DNA of 33,896 nt from Cystobasidiomycetes sp. EMM_F5 (GCA_051047955.1 JBPGPT010000064.1:1-33896), one strand, 5' to 3'; shown: positions 1 to 11,932, counted from the stretch's first letter. Made by a program: numbers and translations. The notes: a model not told the origin generated them from the letters alone.

Positions 1-801
1 AGTGTGTATAACGCTCGTGCACAGCCTGTATGGTAGCATTCTTTTTGTTGTGATGTCGGACCTGTCCCACAAAAATCTGCTACTTCCGTCACCGATGGGA
101 AGTACATGTCTGGCATATCTCGCCCAGTCTCGAGCGAATGGCGAGAGCGGGAGATTGTCATTGGGCCAGATGGAAAGAGCAGCTCGGATGTAGAGTGGCA
201 CGCCCCAAACAGCTGGGACATCGTCGAGGACTCTCGCCCCAGCACCGTCAACTACATTCCGCCAATGACAGTACCACCCCCTGCCGTGCTTTCGAACTCC
301 AATGCCAAACCAGATGCACGAGACATTGATCCCACTACTTTCGGCGTACCAAGGTATCGCAGCCTGTTTGCACTACGCAGATTGACGTCACAACGCAGCA
401 GACCTACTTCGAGCATGTCGCACATCACTGGCATGTCTGGCTTCCCGCGTTCCAGCATAGGCGGAGAGAGCATGTTTTGTACATGCGATCTTGACGATAT
501 ACAGGAGCAATACGATACCGAGGGGCAGAGCAGCATTCGTACCGACAGACCAGAATCTACCGGCTCTTCCATCCACCTCGATATCGAGGAGAGCAGAGTG
601 CAACGATGCAGGGTCTGTCTGAGGCGGTCAACTCGGCCCTACAGCAAGGCGATTCTGAGTCCCGCATTGCCCGTGTCCGGAGCAAGCACGCCAAACAGAT
701 CGAACAGAAAATCACGCAGGCCGCGTCGTACGGAGACCCTCAATACTGCACGAAAAGGGAGAACTGTGGTTGCAGGACGTTTGTATCAGGACGAAGTATA
801 G
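1..801 (+). CDS. Probable 3' part of a hypothetical Ser/Arg/Pro-rich protein whose 5' exons lie outside or at the edge of the window
   Basis: 231-aa low-complexity ORF 106..801 ending in TAG. No recognisable domain; the 5' boundary is uncertain. Confidence 0.5.
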
Positions 802-961
802 AGGACACAAACGTATTCCAGCCTGGAGGGAATAGTGTTTATCGAGCAGTCACAGCAATTATGTTAGCCAGCGATATTTTGTCGTATTTGTACTTGTGCC
901 TTCCATAATCAACAGAGACAGCTCCTTTGCCAATAGATCATCAGACAATACTAGAAATGGA

Positions 962-1818
962 ATGAGTGAGCAGCCTAGCACTGCAGCTGCTGCAGTTTCT
1001 ACCGATGCACCCGCTTCAGTCAAATCTGCCGACAAACCAGAGCCGACGGGTGCTTCTGCGGACATCAAGCCAGCTCGAGTGTCGCAATCCAAGCTGAAGA
1101 CTGTCGCGTCGTGGCTCACGTCCAAAGATCTCTCATTAACGAATGTCGGGTCTGTCGCGCGCGACCATCTCGCTGTATGTGTCTCATTGTGTGCTCCGCA
1201 GCGAAACAACTGAAACACGTTCCTCGACAGAATGAGGTCAGCTACAGACTGGCTGTCAAACCAGCATGTTCTGATATCGAATTGTATCTTCAGAGAACCT
1301 TTCTAGCATGGCTGCGAACGTCTTTGGCGCTAGCCAGTATCGGCGTCGCAATCTCGCAGCTCTTTCGACTATCCTCGTCCGTATACACCATTGGTGCCAC
1401 AGATATCTCCCTACCCTCGCCTAGCGCCATTCTGCCCTCGCCGACCAATCCGCAAGATGTAGCCAGTGCAGTCGCTAGTCTGATTGCCATTGTCGGGCAA
1501 CAGAATGACAGAATACAAGCTCTTGGCACCTCAGTCCAGAATGAACGAGATCAATATCATAAGCTAGGGCGACCTATCGGAGGTGCTTTTGTATGTCTGT
1601 CCCTCGTCATGATGGTTCTCGGTTCGCTTTTCGTCAATCTGTCCGCCACGCAGTGCCAGCTGATATCTTACTGTTCAGGCGGGCATCGCTACCTCTCTGT
1701 GCAGCATCATCTGACAACAAGCAATCTATTCCCGCCTGCTCGCCGATCAATCCTCGTGTCTACGGCATGCATTGCGTGTCTTCTCGTCGGAACATTCGTC
1801 TCGCTTTTGGTGGTGTGA
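962..1818 (+). CDS. DUF202 (YidH-like) membrane protein, copy 1; exons 962-1174, 1231-1236, 1294-1621, 1679-1818
   Basis: Splicing GT-AG introns 1175-1230, 1237-1293 and 1622-1678 gives NVGSVARDHLA-NE-RTFLAWLRTS, the DUF202 signature, followed by hydrophobic helices. Confidence 0.9.
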
Positions 1819-2476
1819 ATTCAGCATGGAAGTAACCCTCTGTAGCAGTAATAGACAATGGACAATACATATTCACACGACCTTCAATGTCATGACGGCC
1901 TGCAATGCTTATATCCCTCAGCCAAAGAGACGGCATCTACTCACAACATGCCCTGTGCAAGGCTGTAGTATCCGGAATATACTTATGCAGACGCGCCTCG
2001 CATCAAGACCCAATTTATGTAAGGCGGCGTTGCTTTGCATGGGTGACATGCGCAGAAGGCCGATCTTGGGAGCGGAAGAGTATAAAGGTGTGGTGTCATC
2101 AGTTGTGCCCATGGCATAGTCAGACAAGCTTGCGAGGATATCGATGCGGAGATGTCATTAATCCGGTACCGCAAATTGAACGTTGTCTACGAGACGCGCA
2201 TAGGCCGTATAATGGCATGGATTCGTATGAGCTCGCATTTGTTCTGCGCAACTCTCTCTGTCAGTTCAGCTTTGTTCCGGTTGAAGTCGATGGCGAGCTT
2301 TGGGCGATAAATGTCCAATCACCCCTAATTTGGAGTCCTCCGGATGACGGTGTATGGAATGGTATTGCGAATTTGCTGCTCAGCTCCAGACTGAACGGAG
2401 ACCCTGTCGCCAATGCAGAATATGGCTATCGTAATGACCACCGAGACAGTCATTCGCTCATGACAGTTAAGGCGGC

Positions 2477-3430
2477 ATGTTCTGGTGGCAACCATCAGGC
2501 AAGGCGCCAAACAACGAGCGCACTTCTTTGTTACAACGCAAATCTGCTTCGAGAGCAAGCAGCAGCCAGGACGCCCAGCCAAGTGGCAGTCGCAGTGATC
2601 CGAACAGCAAGAATGCCAAATCTTCAAGTTCAGGGATAACAGGATGGTGGAGCTCACAAGATCTAGACCTACTCAACGTTGGCAGCGTAGCGAGAGACCA
2701 TCTAGCCGTGAGTGCTACGGTTTCCAGCATCACACAGAAGCCACAATTGACGCCCTCCACCTGATTTGCATGAAGAACGAGGTGAGACAGCTTGAGGTGT
2801 CAAGCTGGAAACTTCGCTGATGCAAGTCCCGTTAGCGCACATTTCTTGCGTGGTTGCGCACATCTCTGAGTATATCTGGCCTTGGCATCACCATCACCCA
2901 GATATTCCGGTTGCAAAATGTCTCTCCACAAGCCGTACACCGCATGTCAATGGCGGTAGAAGCGGCCAACGGGGCAGCCACCAATCGTCACGATAGTTCC
3001 TGGCGTTCATTGGATGCTCAAGGTCTCATTCACCGTGATGGCCAGCTCCAAGACCTACAAGACCAGGTCATGCAGTTGACTTTGCGGCTAGAAGCGCTCG
3101 ACATCAATTTTCGGTTACTCTCGCAGCACGATGAGAGAACAAGGCTGTATAGCAAGCTCGGAAGGCCTATCGGAGGAGCTTTCATTGTGCTGGGGTGCAT
3201 CTTCCTAGTAATTGGTGAGTCTGGCAGTGTCTTCCGTGCAGTGGACTGCGGCTGACAATGCGGTGCGGCATCACACGACAGGTGGGGCTCGTTATCTGTC
3301 AGTTCAGCATCACCTAGCATCGAGCAACAGTTTCCCTCCAGCCAGACGGACAGTCATCATCGCTTCAACGAGTGTAGGAGTATTGATGACGTCCGCCTTT
3401 ATCGTCATAGTCGCTGTAGCATTACATTAG
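2477..3430 (+). CDS. DUF202 (YidH-like) membrane protein, copy 2; exons 2477-2707, 2776-2781, 2836-3214, 3282-3430
   Basis: Same motif (ARDHLA-NE-RTFLAWLRTS, KLGRPIGGAF, RYLSVQHHL, FPPARR) and the same three intron positions as copy 1. Confidence 0.9.
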
Positions 3431-3636
3431 AGGGAGTATTTGTCCTTTAGTGCAGACGCAGTGCTGTGTAGTCGTAACTCGCGCACTGACGCCGCAGTCT
3501 CTGTTGTCCAAACCATGCAGCCGGTAACGGGCGTTCAACCCCTTTGAGTGCCGCAGGGGTGCACTGAGCGATTCGATGCTGCTGCTGTTGTGAGTGCTCT
3601 TGTCAAATCCAAGTCTTGGGTTTTCTGCTAATCGCC

Positions 3637-4904
3637 ATGGCGCAGCCTCGACATCGTCCGTATTCCACGGCCAGCTCTGCGCAGCTTGAACGTCCGCTGT
3701 CGAATTTCTACGGCGAGTTGCCTGCCGGTGCTGCGCCTTCGCCTGGCGCTCGAGGCAGCGTAGCCTTCACTCATCGTGACAGTCAGTACGGTGCAGGCGG
3801 ATATGGCGCGCGTCAGAGCGGTTTCTATTCTATGCAAAACGAGGACGATGATGAGGACCGACCACTTCAGCCATCACCGCACGACTTTTACGCAGACTTT
3901 GCGACTGGTTCCGGCCCAAGATATGCAGAGCGCTTGAACAGCAGTGCCGATGTCTATGCCGCAAAGTCTCCCACCTCCCCGCTCAATGACACCAAGACAT
4001 CGCTCCTCGACAAACAGAATGGTGGACTGAAAAGCCCAGGCAGCGGAGGCATACGCAGTCCAGGCAACAGGGCTTCCGTCGTTGCAGCTGGTGAGGTGCT
4101 CCTCGCGCCCGAGTTGGGCAAAGAATGGGGAGGCGCCGAAGAGGCACGCGTAAACAAGGCAGTCCGAGACAAGAGCCGCTTCAACGGAACGACGCGACTT
4201 TTTCCAAGCTTATGGCAAGGCTTCTTGCGATGGTTTGAATGGAAGCGATTCATCTTTGTCGTGTTTGCTTTCATCTGCTGGTGAGTGACGTGCAAGCGCA
4301 TTAGGCGGAGAACGCGCTAATTTCGCGAATTAGTCTTGCTGCGGTTTTGTACTTTCTCGTACCACGCGTTCCCAGTCTCGAGCTCAACAATGACATGCCA
4401 TTGAATGTGACGGCTAATTCGGAGCCAGTATTTACTCGAACTCCGACAATCATGGACTGGGATGCTCAGCTCAACATCGCGATTGATGGCCAGTCTAATT
4501 GGATTCCAGTAGGTGAAGCTAAACTGGATGTTGTTGTCACTGCTGATAAACCCTCTGCCTAGTTTCACTTCAATTCCTTTGGCGTCACGGTCTATGATCT
4601 AAACACTGGCAAGAAGGTCGGGCAAGGTGGCATCACCGGTGGACGCAAGGACTTTCCCGGACGTGATGTCACGCCAGTAACGCTGGATCTCTCCTTCTTC
4701 TACCGCGCCAACAACGTATCCGACGAGACTTGGCAAGATTTCTATCAGGCCTGCTCGCACAAGTATACCAACGTAAATAGGCCAGGACTCAGCTTGACGG
4801 TCGAGGTGGATATGTCTATCAGAGGTATTATAGGCTCGAGAAAGACATCTGCGTCTTTGAGTAGCGTTGCTTGTCCCATAGAATTGCCGGCGGAGAATGC
4901 TTGA
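3637..4904 (+). CDS. Single-pass membrane protein with disordered N-terminus and probable LEA_2-like C-terminal domain; exons 3637-4280, 4334-4508, 4563-4904
   Basis: Spliced frame gives a TM helix (FIFVVFAFICCLAAVLYFLVPR), then SNWIPFHFNSFGVTVYDL...CPIELPAENA-stop. This resembles the fungal TM plus LEA_2 architecture; the domain call is by recognition only. Confidence 0.75.
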
Positions 4905-5540
4905 TTGTTGTAGCGTTCATGAGCAAGACCTGCGATCAGTTGTATGTTTTGATGTGCTCACTCATTGCAGCTCTTGACGGTGCATTCGATGATTACCTGC
5001 AGTGTACGACATTCGCAGCTGGTGGCGATCGAAGAATTTTGCTATCGGAATGAGGCTTGTGAACAGTGTTATGAATCATCTATAGTAGAGTCGTATAGTG
5101 TGACTCAGTAAACCGATCCGCCAGACGACAATCATTCTTCTCGAATTTGTATCAAGCTTTTAGTAGTATCTTGTGTGTGATCGTTGTCACTGGGTATTCT
5201 TGGAGAAACTGTGACCGCTTCGGTCAGACAATGGAAATGTGCCGCTCTGGTACGGTGTCCATAAAGGTGCTCTGACCTCGAGCGGAGGCGTACGTACTCG
5301 AGACTTGCGTAAGAGTCAGGCACCGTCTTCCAGGCCTCGAAGAGGCAACAGGTGAAATCGGTTTGGACACCGTTGGAGCTGCTTGGCAGTCTCTTACTCT
5401 AGTGGGCTTGCGAGTATCTGCCACGTTTCGGTTTGAGTTGGGGGAGAAGGGCGTGCCTTCGGGAACACACTCCTGGGAGAGACACACTCCTGCGAGAAAA
5501 TATTCGAAGGAGGAAAGCCGTGCTGGTCTTTGTAAGACAA

Positions 5541-5548
5541 TTATATAT
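5541..5548 (+). promoter_or_regulatory. TATA-like element upstream of the tRNA gene
   Basis: TTATATAT lies 33-40 nt upstream of tRNA position 1. Upstream TATA elements are known for Pol III tRNA genes in some fungi, e.g. S. pombe. Confidence 0.5.
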
Positions 5549-5600
5549 GTTTTGATGGCTTCGTTGTGGCTAAAATAGGCGTCCTGATGGTCTAGTAGTA

Positions 5601-5654
5601 GTGAGTTTGCAAACTATCATTAAACCCCAAAACTTAGAGCTGACAACATTGAAG
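5601..5654 (+). other. Spliceosomal-type (GT-AG) intron inside the tRNA D-arm, position 21/22
   Basis: GTGAGT donor, GCTGAC branch motif at 5639-5644, first downstream AG at 5653-5654, and a 54-nt length like neighbouring mRNA introns. Confidence 0.75.
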
Positions 5655-5670
5655 TGATTTATCCTTAGGG

Positions 5671-5684
5671 AAACAATGCCGAAA
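5671..5684 (+). other. Canonical 14-nt tRNA intron at 37/38
   Basis: AAACAATGCCGAAA begins one base 3' of the AGG anticodon. The antepenultimate A can form the anticodon-intron pair with U32. Confidence 0.8.
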
Positions 5685-5730
5685 TGGATGAGGTCCAGGG
5701 TTCAATTCCCTGTCAGGACCGCTCCCTGCC

Positions 5731-5735
5731 TTTTT
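5731..5735 (+). terminator. RNA polymerase III terminator
   Basis: TTTTT 10 nt after the tRNA 3' end, followed by further T-rich tracts. Confidence 0.7.
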
Positions 5736-6049
5736 CTTGTTCTTTTCCCATACTGGTCGTTTTCAATCTTTCCTTTTTTCCTTCAAATATGGGATTCACT
5801 TTCTGTTGCTTTTGCCCCTGCCTTCTACCTTGCCGGTGTCTTTCTCCTCGCCCGCGATCGTCGTCTCTTTGCCCCCCGCCTGCAGCTGTTTTTACACCCG
5901 CTAGATCTCTGAATTTCCAATTCCGCGAGCCAAAGTAGCAATTGCGAGGAAAATATCAACTCGAAAACAACGACCATACCATATGCAAGCATGAGAGAAG
6001 CAGACTAATTTATGATCATTTAGGATGGAACTGCATTGAAATTGGTGCA

Positions 6050-7581
6050 CTACCACGCCATCCCTAACAATATCAATAAATCCTTCTCGTCTCTATCTCT
6101 ACTAAACCTCCCAGATACGAGCTTGCCCTGCCAGCGCCCTTTACCTCCACCTTTGAGTCGCTTGCAAAGCTGACTTTCACCCTTCTTTATTTCCTCACTA
6201 ATCCTTGCCGCGACAGCTTCGTCACTTGAAAAGACGACGAGACACCCATCAGGCACTGCATTACCGTGCCCACTGTGTGCAATTGCGAATGTGTACGCCT
6301 TCTCGCCGGAAAGACGTTCCTTGATCTTCGTAGAAACCAACGACAAAAAGTCGACATCGTTAGTCGCATCCTCCTCCCGCACCAGAGCGGCGATCAGATG
6401 CCCATCTTTGGATTGAGACCGGGCCTTGTCGATGGCTTGACTGGCCACCATTTCCGCCAACTCGTCCCGCATCCGCTTTTCGCGCCGTCCCAGCTCTTTG
6501 GCATTATCAGACAGAGTCTGTATGCGTGATGGAAGATCGTCATTACTACAAGACATGATGAGTGAAGAGTCGCGTAAAACAGACAGCCCTGTCGTGAGCT
6601 GCGAAATAACTCGCGGCCCCGCAATAAAGTAAACTCGCGTATTCGTGCCGCGTATAGGCGTGGTTGCACGCGAGACGTGTATACCTTGCAAGGGAGCCAA
6701 GGAGTGGTAGTGCGTTCCGCAACAAGGATTGCGATCCAGATTATCGATAATCACATGCCGTACGACCCCGCCGATATAGTCCGCTGGCAAGGTTGAAGGC
6801 CTGCTGTCCTCCTTGGCTATCTCAAATTCCACTCTAACCCGACGCCCTTCTACGATGAGGTCGTTGCAGATCTGCTCTGCTTCAGCTAGCTCCTCCTGCG
6901 TCGGTTTCCTGGGTAGCTCGATATAGCTTAGCTCCGGAAAAGCAGAAAGGGCCCAGCCCACGGTGTCAAGCTTGAAATGATGTTCAAAAACTGCTGATAG
7001 AAGATGCTGTGCAGTATGCTGAGTGCACGAGTCGTGCCGTCTAGTCCAGTCTACTTTGACCAGCACCCGCTGGCCGACTTCCACAGGACTAGTACAGATG
7101 TGAACAGCTGCCAAGTTTCGTCGAACGACTTCCTTTACGACTATTGGTGTGGCAGAAGGTTTGCCTAGAGGCGCGAGAAGGCCGGTATCTGTAGCTTGAC
7201 CGCCACCTGGTTGCAACTCAGTTGCAATCCCACGAAGCATGTCATGAGCTTACCTTCAGGGAACAGGGCGGTATCGGAGAGCTCAATCTCCCACATCTCT
7301 TCGTTAAGCGCTTTACCATTTTGTTTACCCTTGGCTTTGCCGTTACTTCTCGACACTAAAGCTTCGCTTGTCGACGTTCGCTTCTCGCATCTTGTGACAT
7401 AAGCCTCCAACTCGCGAAGGTTGGGATCTATTTGACAGGCCAGCAGCCCGACGTATCGCTCTCGAGGCAGCTTGAATGCTATTTCGGCATAATCCTCAGG
7501 GGTGGTAACGGGTTCCGAAAGACTGATGCGAGCGAGCTGGCCATTCAACGTAGCCATATCAGAGAGTATGGCGGCGGTCAT
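6050..7581 (-). CDS. Free-standing alanyl-tRNA editing protein (AlaX/AARSD1-like); exons 7581-7254, 7206-6050
   Basis: DTALFPEGGGQ across a 47-nt intron; Zn ligand motifs QHTAQHLLSA (HxxxH) and CCGTH (CxxxH); C-terminal GGGKG DHHA1-like motif. Confidence 0.92.
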
Positions 7582-7765
7582 GTTAGGATACTGCGAGTCT
7601 CTGTAGGTTAGAGAAAGACTGCGAAAGCCATGATGCTGTCAATAACCAACGTGTTTGTGAATTGTGGTTGCTTTCAGATTCCATTACCTTCTAGCTTGGA
7701 CGCGGACACGCGCCAGACGATGAAGGCGCAGAAGAGTCGGTCCGAAACGCGTGCATGCAGTGAAC

Positions 7766-8996
7766 ATGCAAGAGCAACGCAGCGATGACCGGAGTATGCG
7801 CAGTCCTGGCCGGTCATACCGAGCAACGTCGCGCAAGATCAGGCTGGCCGTGCTAGTCATACTCGGAACGCCCATCTTTCTGTACACATGGCTTATATGC
7901 TTCACACACCGTCTCAGTACGGCGTACGTGAGTCCGCTATTGCTAGATGCTCGCCGTATCCTCTGGGTCACGGCTCATCGTGAGTAATTTACGCGCCAAA
8001 CCATCCGAATTCGTCATTCAAATAGACCCTGCAGCGGACGACGAATCCATGTTCTTTGCCCCGAGCATCTTCAATCTGCTGTCAAGTCATCATAAAAGCG
8101 ACGGTACCGAGTTCAATCCGATTGGACACATCCTGTCTCTTTCGTCCGGCAACAACGACGGTTTGGGTGCCAGAAGGACCGTAGAGATGCGAGCTGCGTG
8201 CTGGGCTCTCGGAGTGATCAGCGAACACTGCATCGTCCTCGATGTCGAGTAGGTCTGCGCGCTTCCTTTTGACCAATTCTTACTTAACGCTATGCCTCTG
8301 GATGTGTAGTACGCTTCCCGATAGTATGAGTCTCTGGTGGGAGGAGCGCGTTATAGAGTCGTGGGTAAGGGCATACATGCAAAAGTGGAATATAGACACA
8401 GTCAGTCGGTTGCTGCTGCCTCATTGCGAATGGCTTGCTAAATGATGATACAGATCATCACATTCGATGAGGAAGGCATCTCCGGGCACGCGAATCATCG
8501 AGCAATCCATGCAGCACTATTAAAAGCAGTCAATGTTGATCTGGACTTTCCGCCAGTCTTCACCTTGAGGACGACACGATCGTTCATAGCGAAATACACT
8601 TCGTTATTCATGTATCCGTATCTCCGTGCGTTGCATCGCTGGCGGCTGGGACACCCACTTCCAGAAATCACATGGGAAGCAGACGAGCATCCTATCGGCC
8701 ATCAAAAGTACGAATTTCTACAGACTCGTCCAGATTTCAGTCAGGAGCAGAAACAGAGCGGGTATCTGCATCCCTTCAGTTCACATCCTAGTCTGTTGGT
8801 CAACTCGCCATGGCAGTACTTGAAGACACGCACTGCCTTCAAGCAGCACAAAAGTCAGGTCGTCTGGTTTAGAAAATTGTACATGATGCTCAGTCGATAC
8901 ATGTGGTTCAACGAGCTGGAAAAGATTGGGAGAGTACATGAGCGAGTCATTGATCTCAGAAGAGTAAGAGAGAATGCGCAAAAGGACGCGTTGTAG
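7766..8996 (+). CDS. GPI12: N-acetylglucosaminyl-phosphatidylinositol de-N-acetylase (PIG-L); exons 7766-7979, 8035-8248, 8310-8400, 8454-8996
   Basis: N-terminal TM, WVTAHPDDESMFFAP after splicing, ITFDEEGISGHANH, and HKSQVVWFRKLYMMLSRYMWFNEL. The start could also be the ATG at 7796. Confidence 0.92.
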
Positions 8997-9105
8997 ATGT
9001 ACAATGCATAGATGCATACTCGACAATAATCCGACAATCTTGATGTAGTCGAGTATGTTCTTGCAAGTCTGTCGCTCGGCGCGCCCTTACTATTGTACAA
9101 CAGTC

Positions 9106-10156
9106 TCACGCGATACCCAGCTCTTTCAACTTGCTCACCAGTTCGTCAACACTCTCCACCTTTGCCCCTCCCTTGCGTTTCGGCGGTTCTGTAACTTTGA
9201 GAATTTCAATCCTCGCTTCTTTTGTTTCGTCGATACCTAGATCGGCTAGAGTGAATTTTTCAATCTTCTTCTTCTTGGCCTTCATGATGTTGGCTGCGTA
9301 CTCGAGTGAGCCATACTCTGGTGTATTCCAGAAAACAACAGCGCAAGGCATTGCTCACGTAGTGTTGCATAACGCGGCTCATTCAGCCGGAGATCCGTCG
9401 TGATGACTGCTGGCAGGTTCATGCGCAACTTCTCCAGACCACCGTCAATCTCTCGGTCCACCTCGGCTTTCGTGTCCTCAATCGTGACCTTGCTTGCACA
9501 ATTTGCAATTGGCCAGTTGATAATGCCCGCTAGCATCCCACCCGTCTGATGCGCATCATCATCAATAGCTTGTTTGCCCATGATGACGAGATCTGTGTCG
9601 CTAGCTTTGTCCTTGATGATCTTGGCGAGCGCTTTTGCAACAAGTAAAGGTTGGAGGGCCGCTTCGTCAAACTTTGCTGGCGTTTCGACATGGATGCCCG
9701 AATCTGCTCCCATAGCCAGCGCTGTCCTCAATACATCTGTCGCTTTGGCCGACCCGATAGTGACGACCTTTATACTCTTGACTTGGTCCTTTAAGCGTTC
9801 GCGCAGGCGGACTGCTTCCTCGACTGCGATCTCATCGAATGGGTTCTAGAGTATAGAAGAGACGAGTGAGAAGGATACGTGTTGATGCGACTAGAGCGCA
9901 CCATGGAATGCTTGACCCCGTTAGTTTCGACGGCCGTCTGGGCCGCATTGACTCTGATTTTTCTGGTAGCGACGGTTCTCGATGAGTAAATGAAAAGCAA
10001 CGAGGGCATCTGCATGTCAGCTCACACCGCATAGTCGACAGTCCTACAATATCCAAATCAGCTCCGCCGGCAAGCTCAGTCCTTTCTTTCCGGAAAAACG
10101 GCGCACCTCTTCACTGGCACGAGGATATTGAGCAGCCTCGTCGCTGAAGGTCGCAT
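9106..10156 (-). CDS. ETFB: Electron transfer flavoprotein beta subunit; exons 10156-10107, 10043-10026, 9962-9902, 9845-9359, 9293-9106
   Basis: Spliced product: [19 protein letters not shown]...[18 protein letters not shown]...ALAMGAD...GKQAIDDD...[23 protein letters not shown]. Equivalent to yeast CIR1. Confidence 0.96.
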
Positions 10157-10442
10157 ACTTGTATCAGCCCGTCAACTTGGGTCGACAGCTATCAGAAGTC
10201 GGCGCCCGGACAACCACCGGAGCCGGCTAATGGTCAGTCTGAAAACGCAGAATATAATTGCTTTGAATGTGATACAGCTCAATAATGAAGACCTGGTAAT
10301 GGGTAATATCAAAGCAACCAACGTACAGCTTCTGTGAACATCGTGCAAATGTTCTGAAGTCCGCCGCCACAAAGTCTGGTCTGCGAATTTCAGATGCCGC
10401 AGCTTAGACTTGGACCAAATCTGCAATTTGCACCAAGTTATC

Positions 10443-11932
<1,490 letters not shown>

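Larger units (their letters stand above)
5581..5720 (+). tRNA. tRNA-Pro(AGG) with two introns; exons 5581-5600, 5655-5670, 5685-5720
   Basis: Acceptor stem GTCCTGA/TCAGGAC with C73 discriminator; T-arm CAGGG-TTCAATT-CCCTG; anticodon arm TATCC-TT AGG G^T-GGATG; variable loop AGGTC; D-arm GGTCTAGTAGTA^TGATT versus the tRNA-Pro consensus GGTCTAGTGGTATGATT. Spliced length is 72 nt. Confidence 0.88.

Noticed and set aside
1905..2639. 244-aa ORF between the DUF202 genes
   Set aside because: No recognisable motif, and it overlaps copy 2 in another frame; probably spurious.
5465..5497. Two near-identical copies of ACACACTCCTG(G/C)GAGA
   Set aside because: Only two short copies with no spacer array; not CRISPR-like and no support for a function.
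5600..5657. AGTGA direct repeat at both ends of the D-arm insert as a transposon target-site duplication
   Set aside because: The copies are 53 nt apart, so removal in that register leaves an extra base in the D-loop; the 54-nt GT-AG register fits the consensus. No terminal inverted repeats are visible.
5601..5668. Longer GT-AG intron ending at TTAG (5668), as part of a protein gene using ORF 5676..5912 or 5684..5938
   Set aside because: It skips the first AG after the branch site and would remove the anticodon arm. The ORFs are Phe/Leu-rich readings of the T-rich terminator region.
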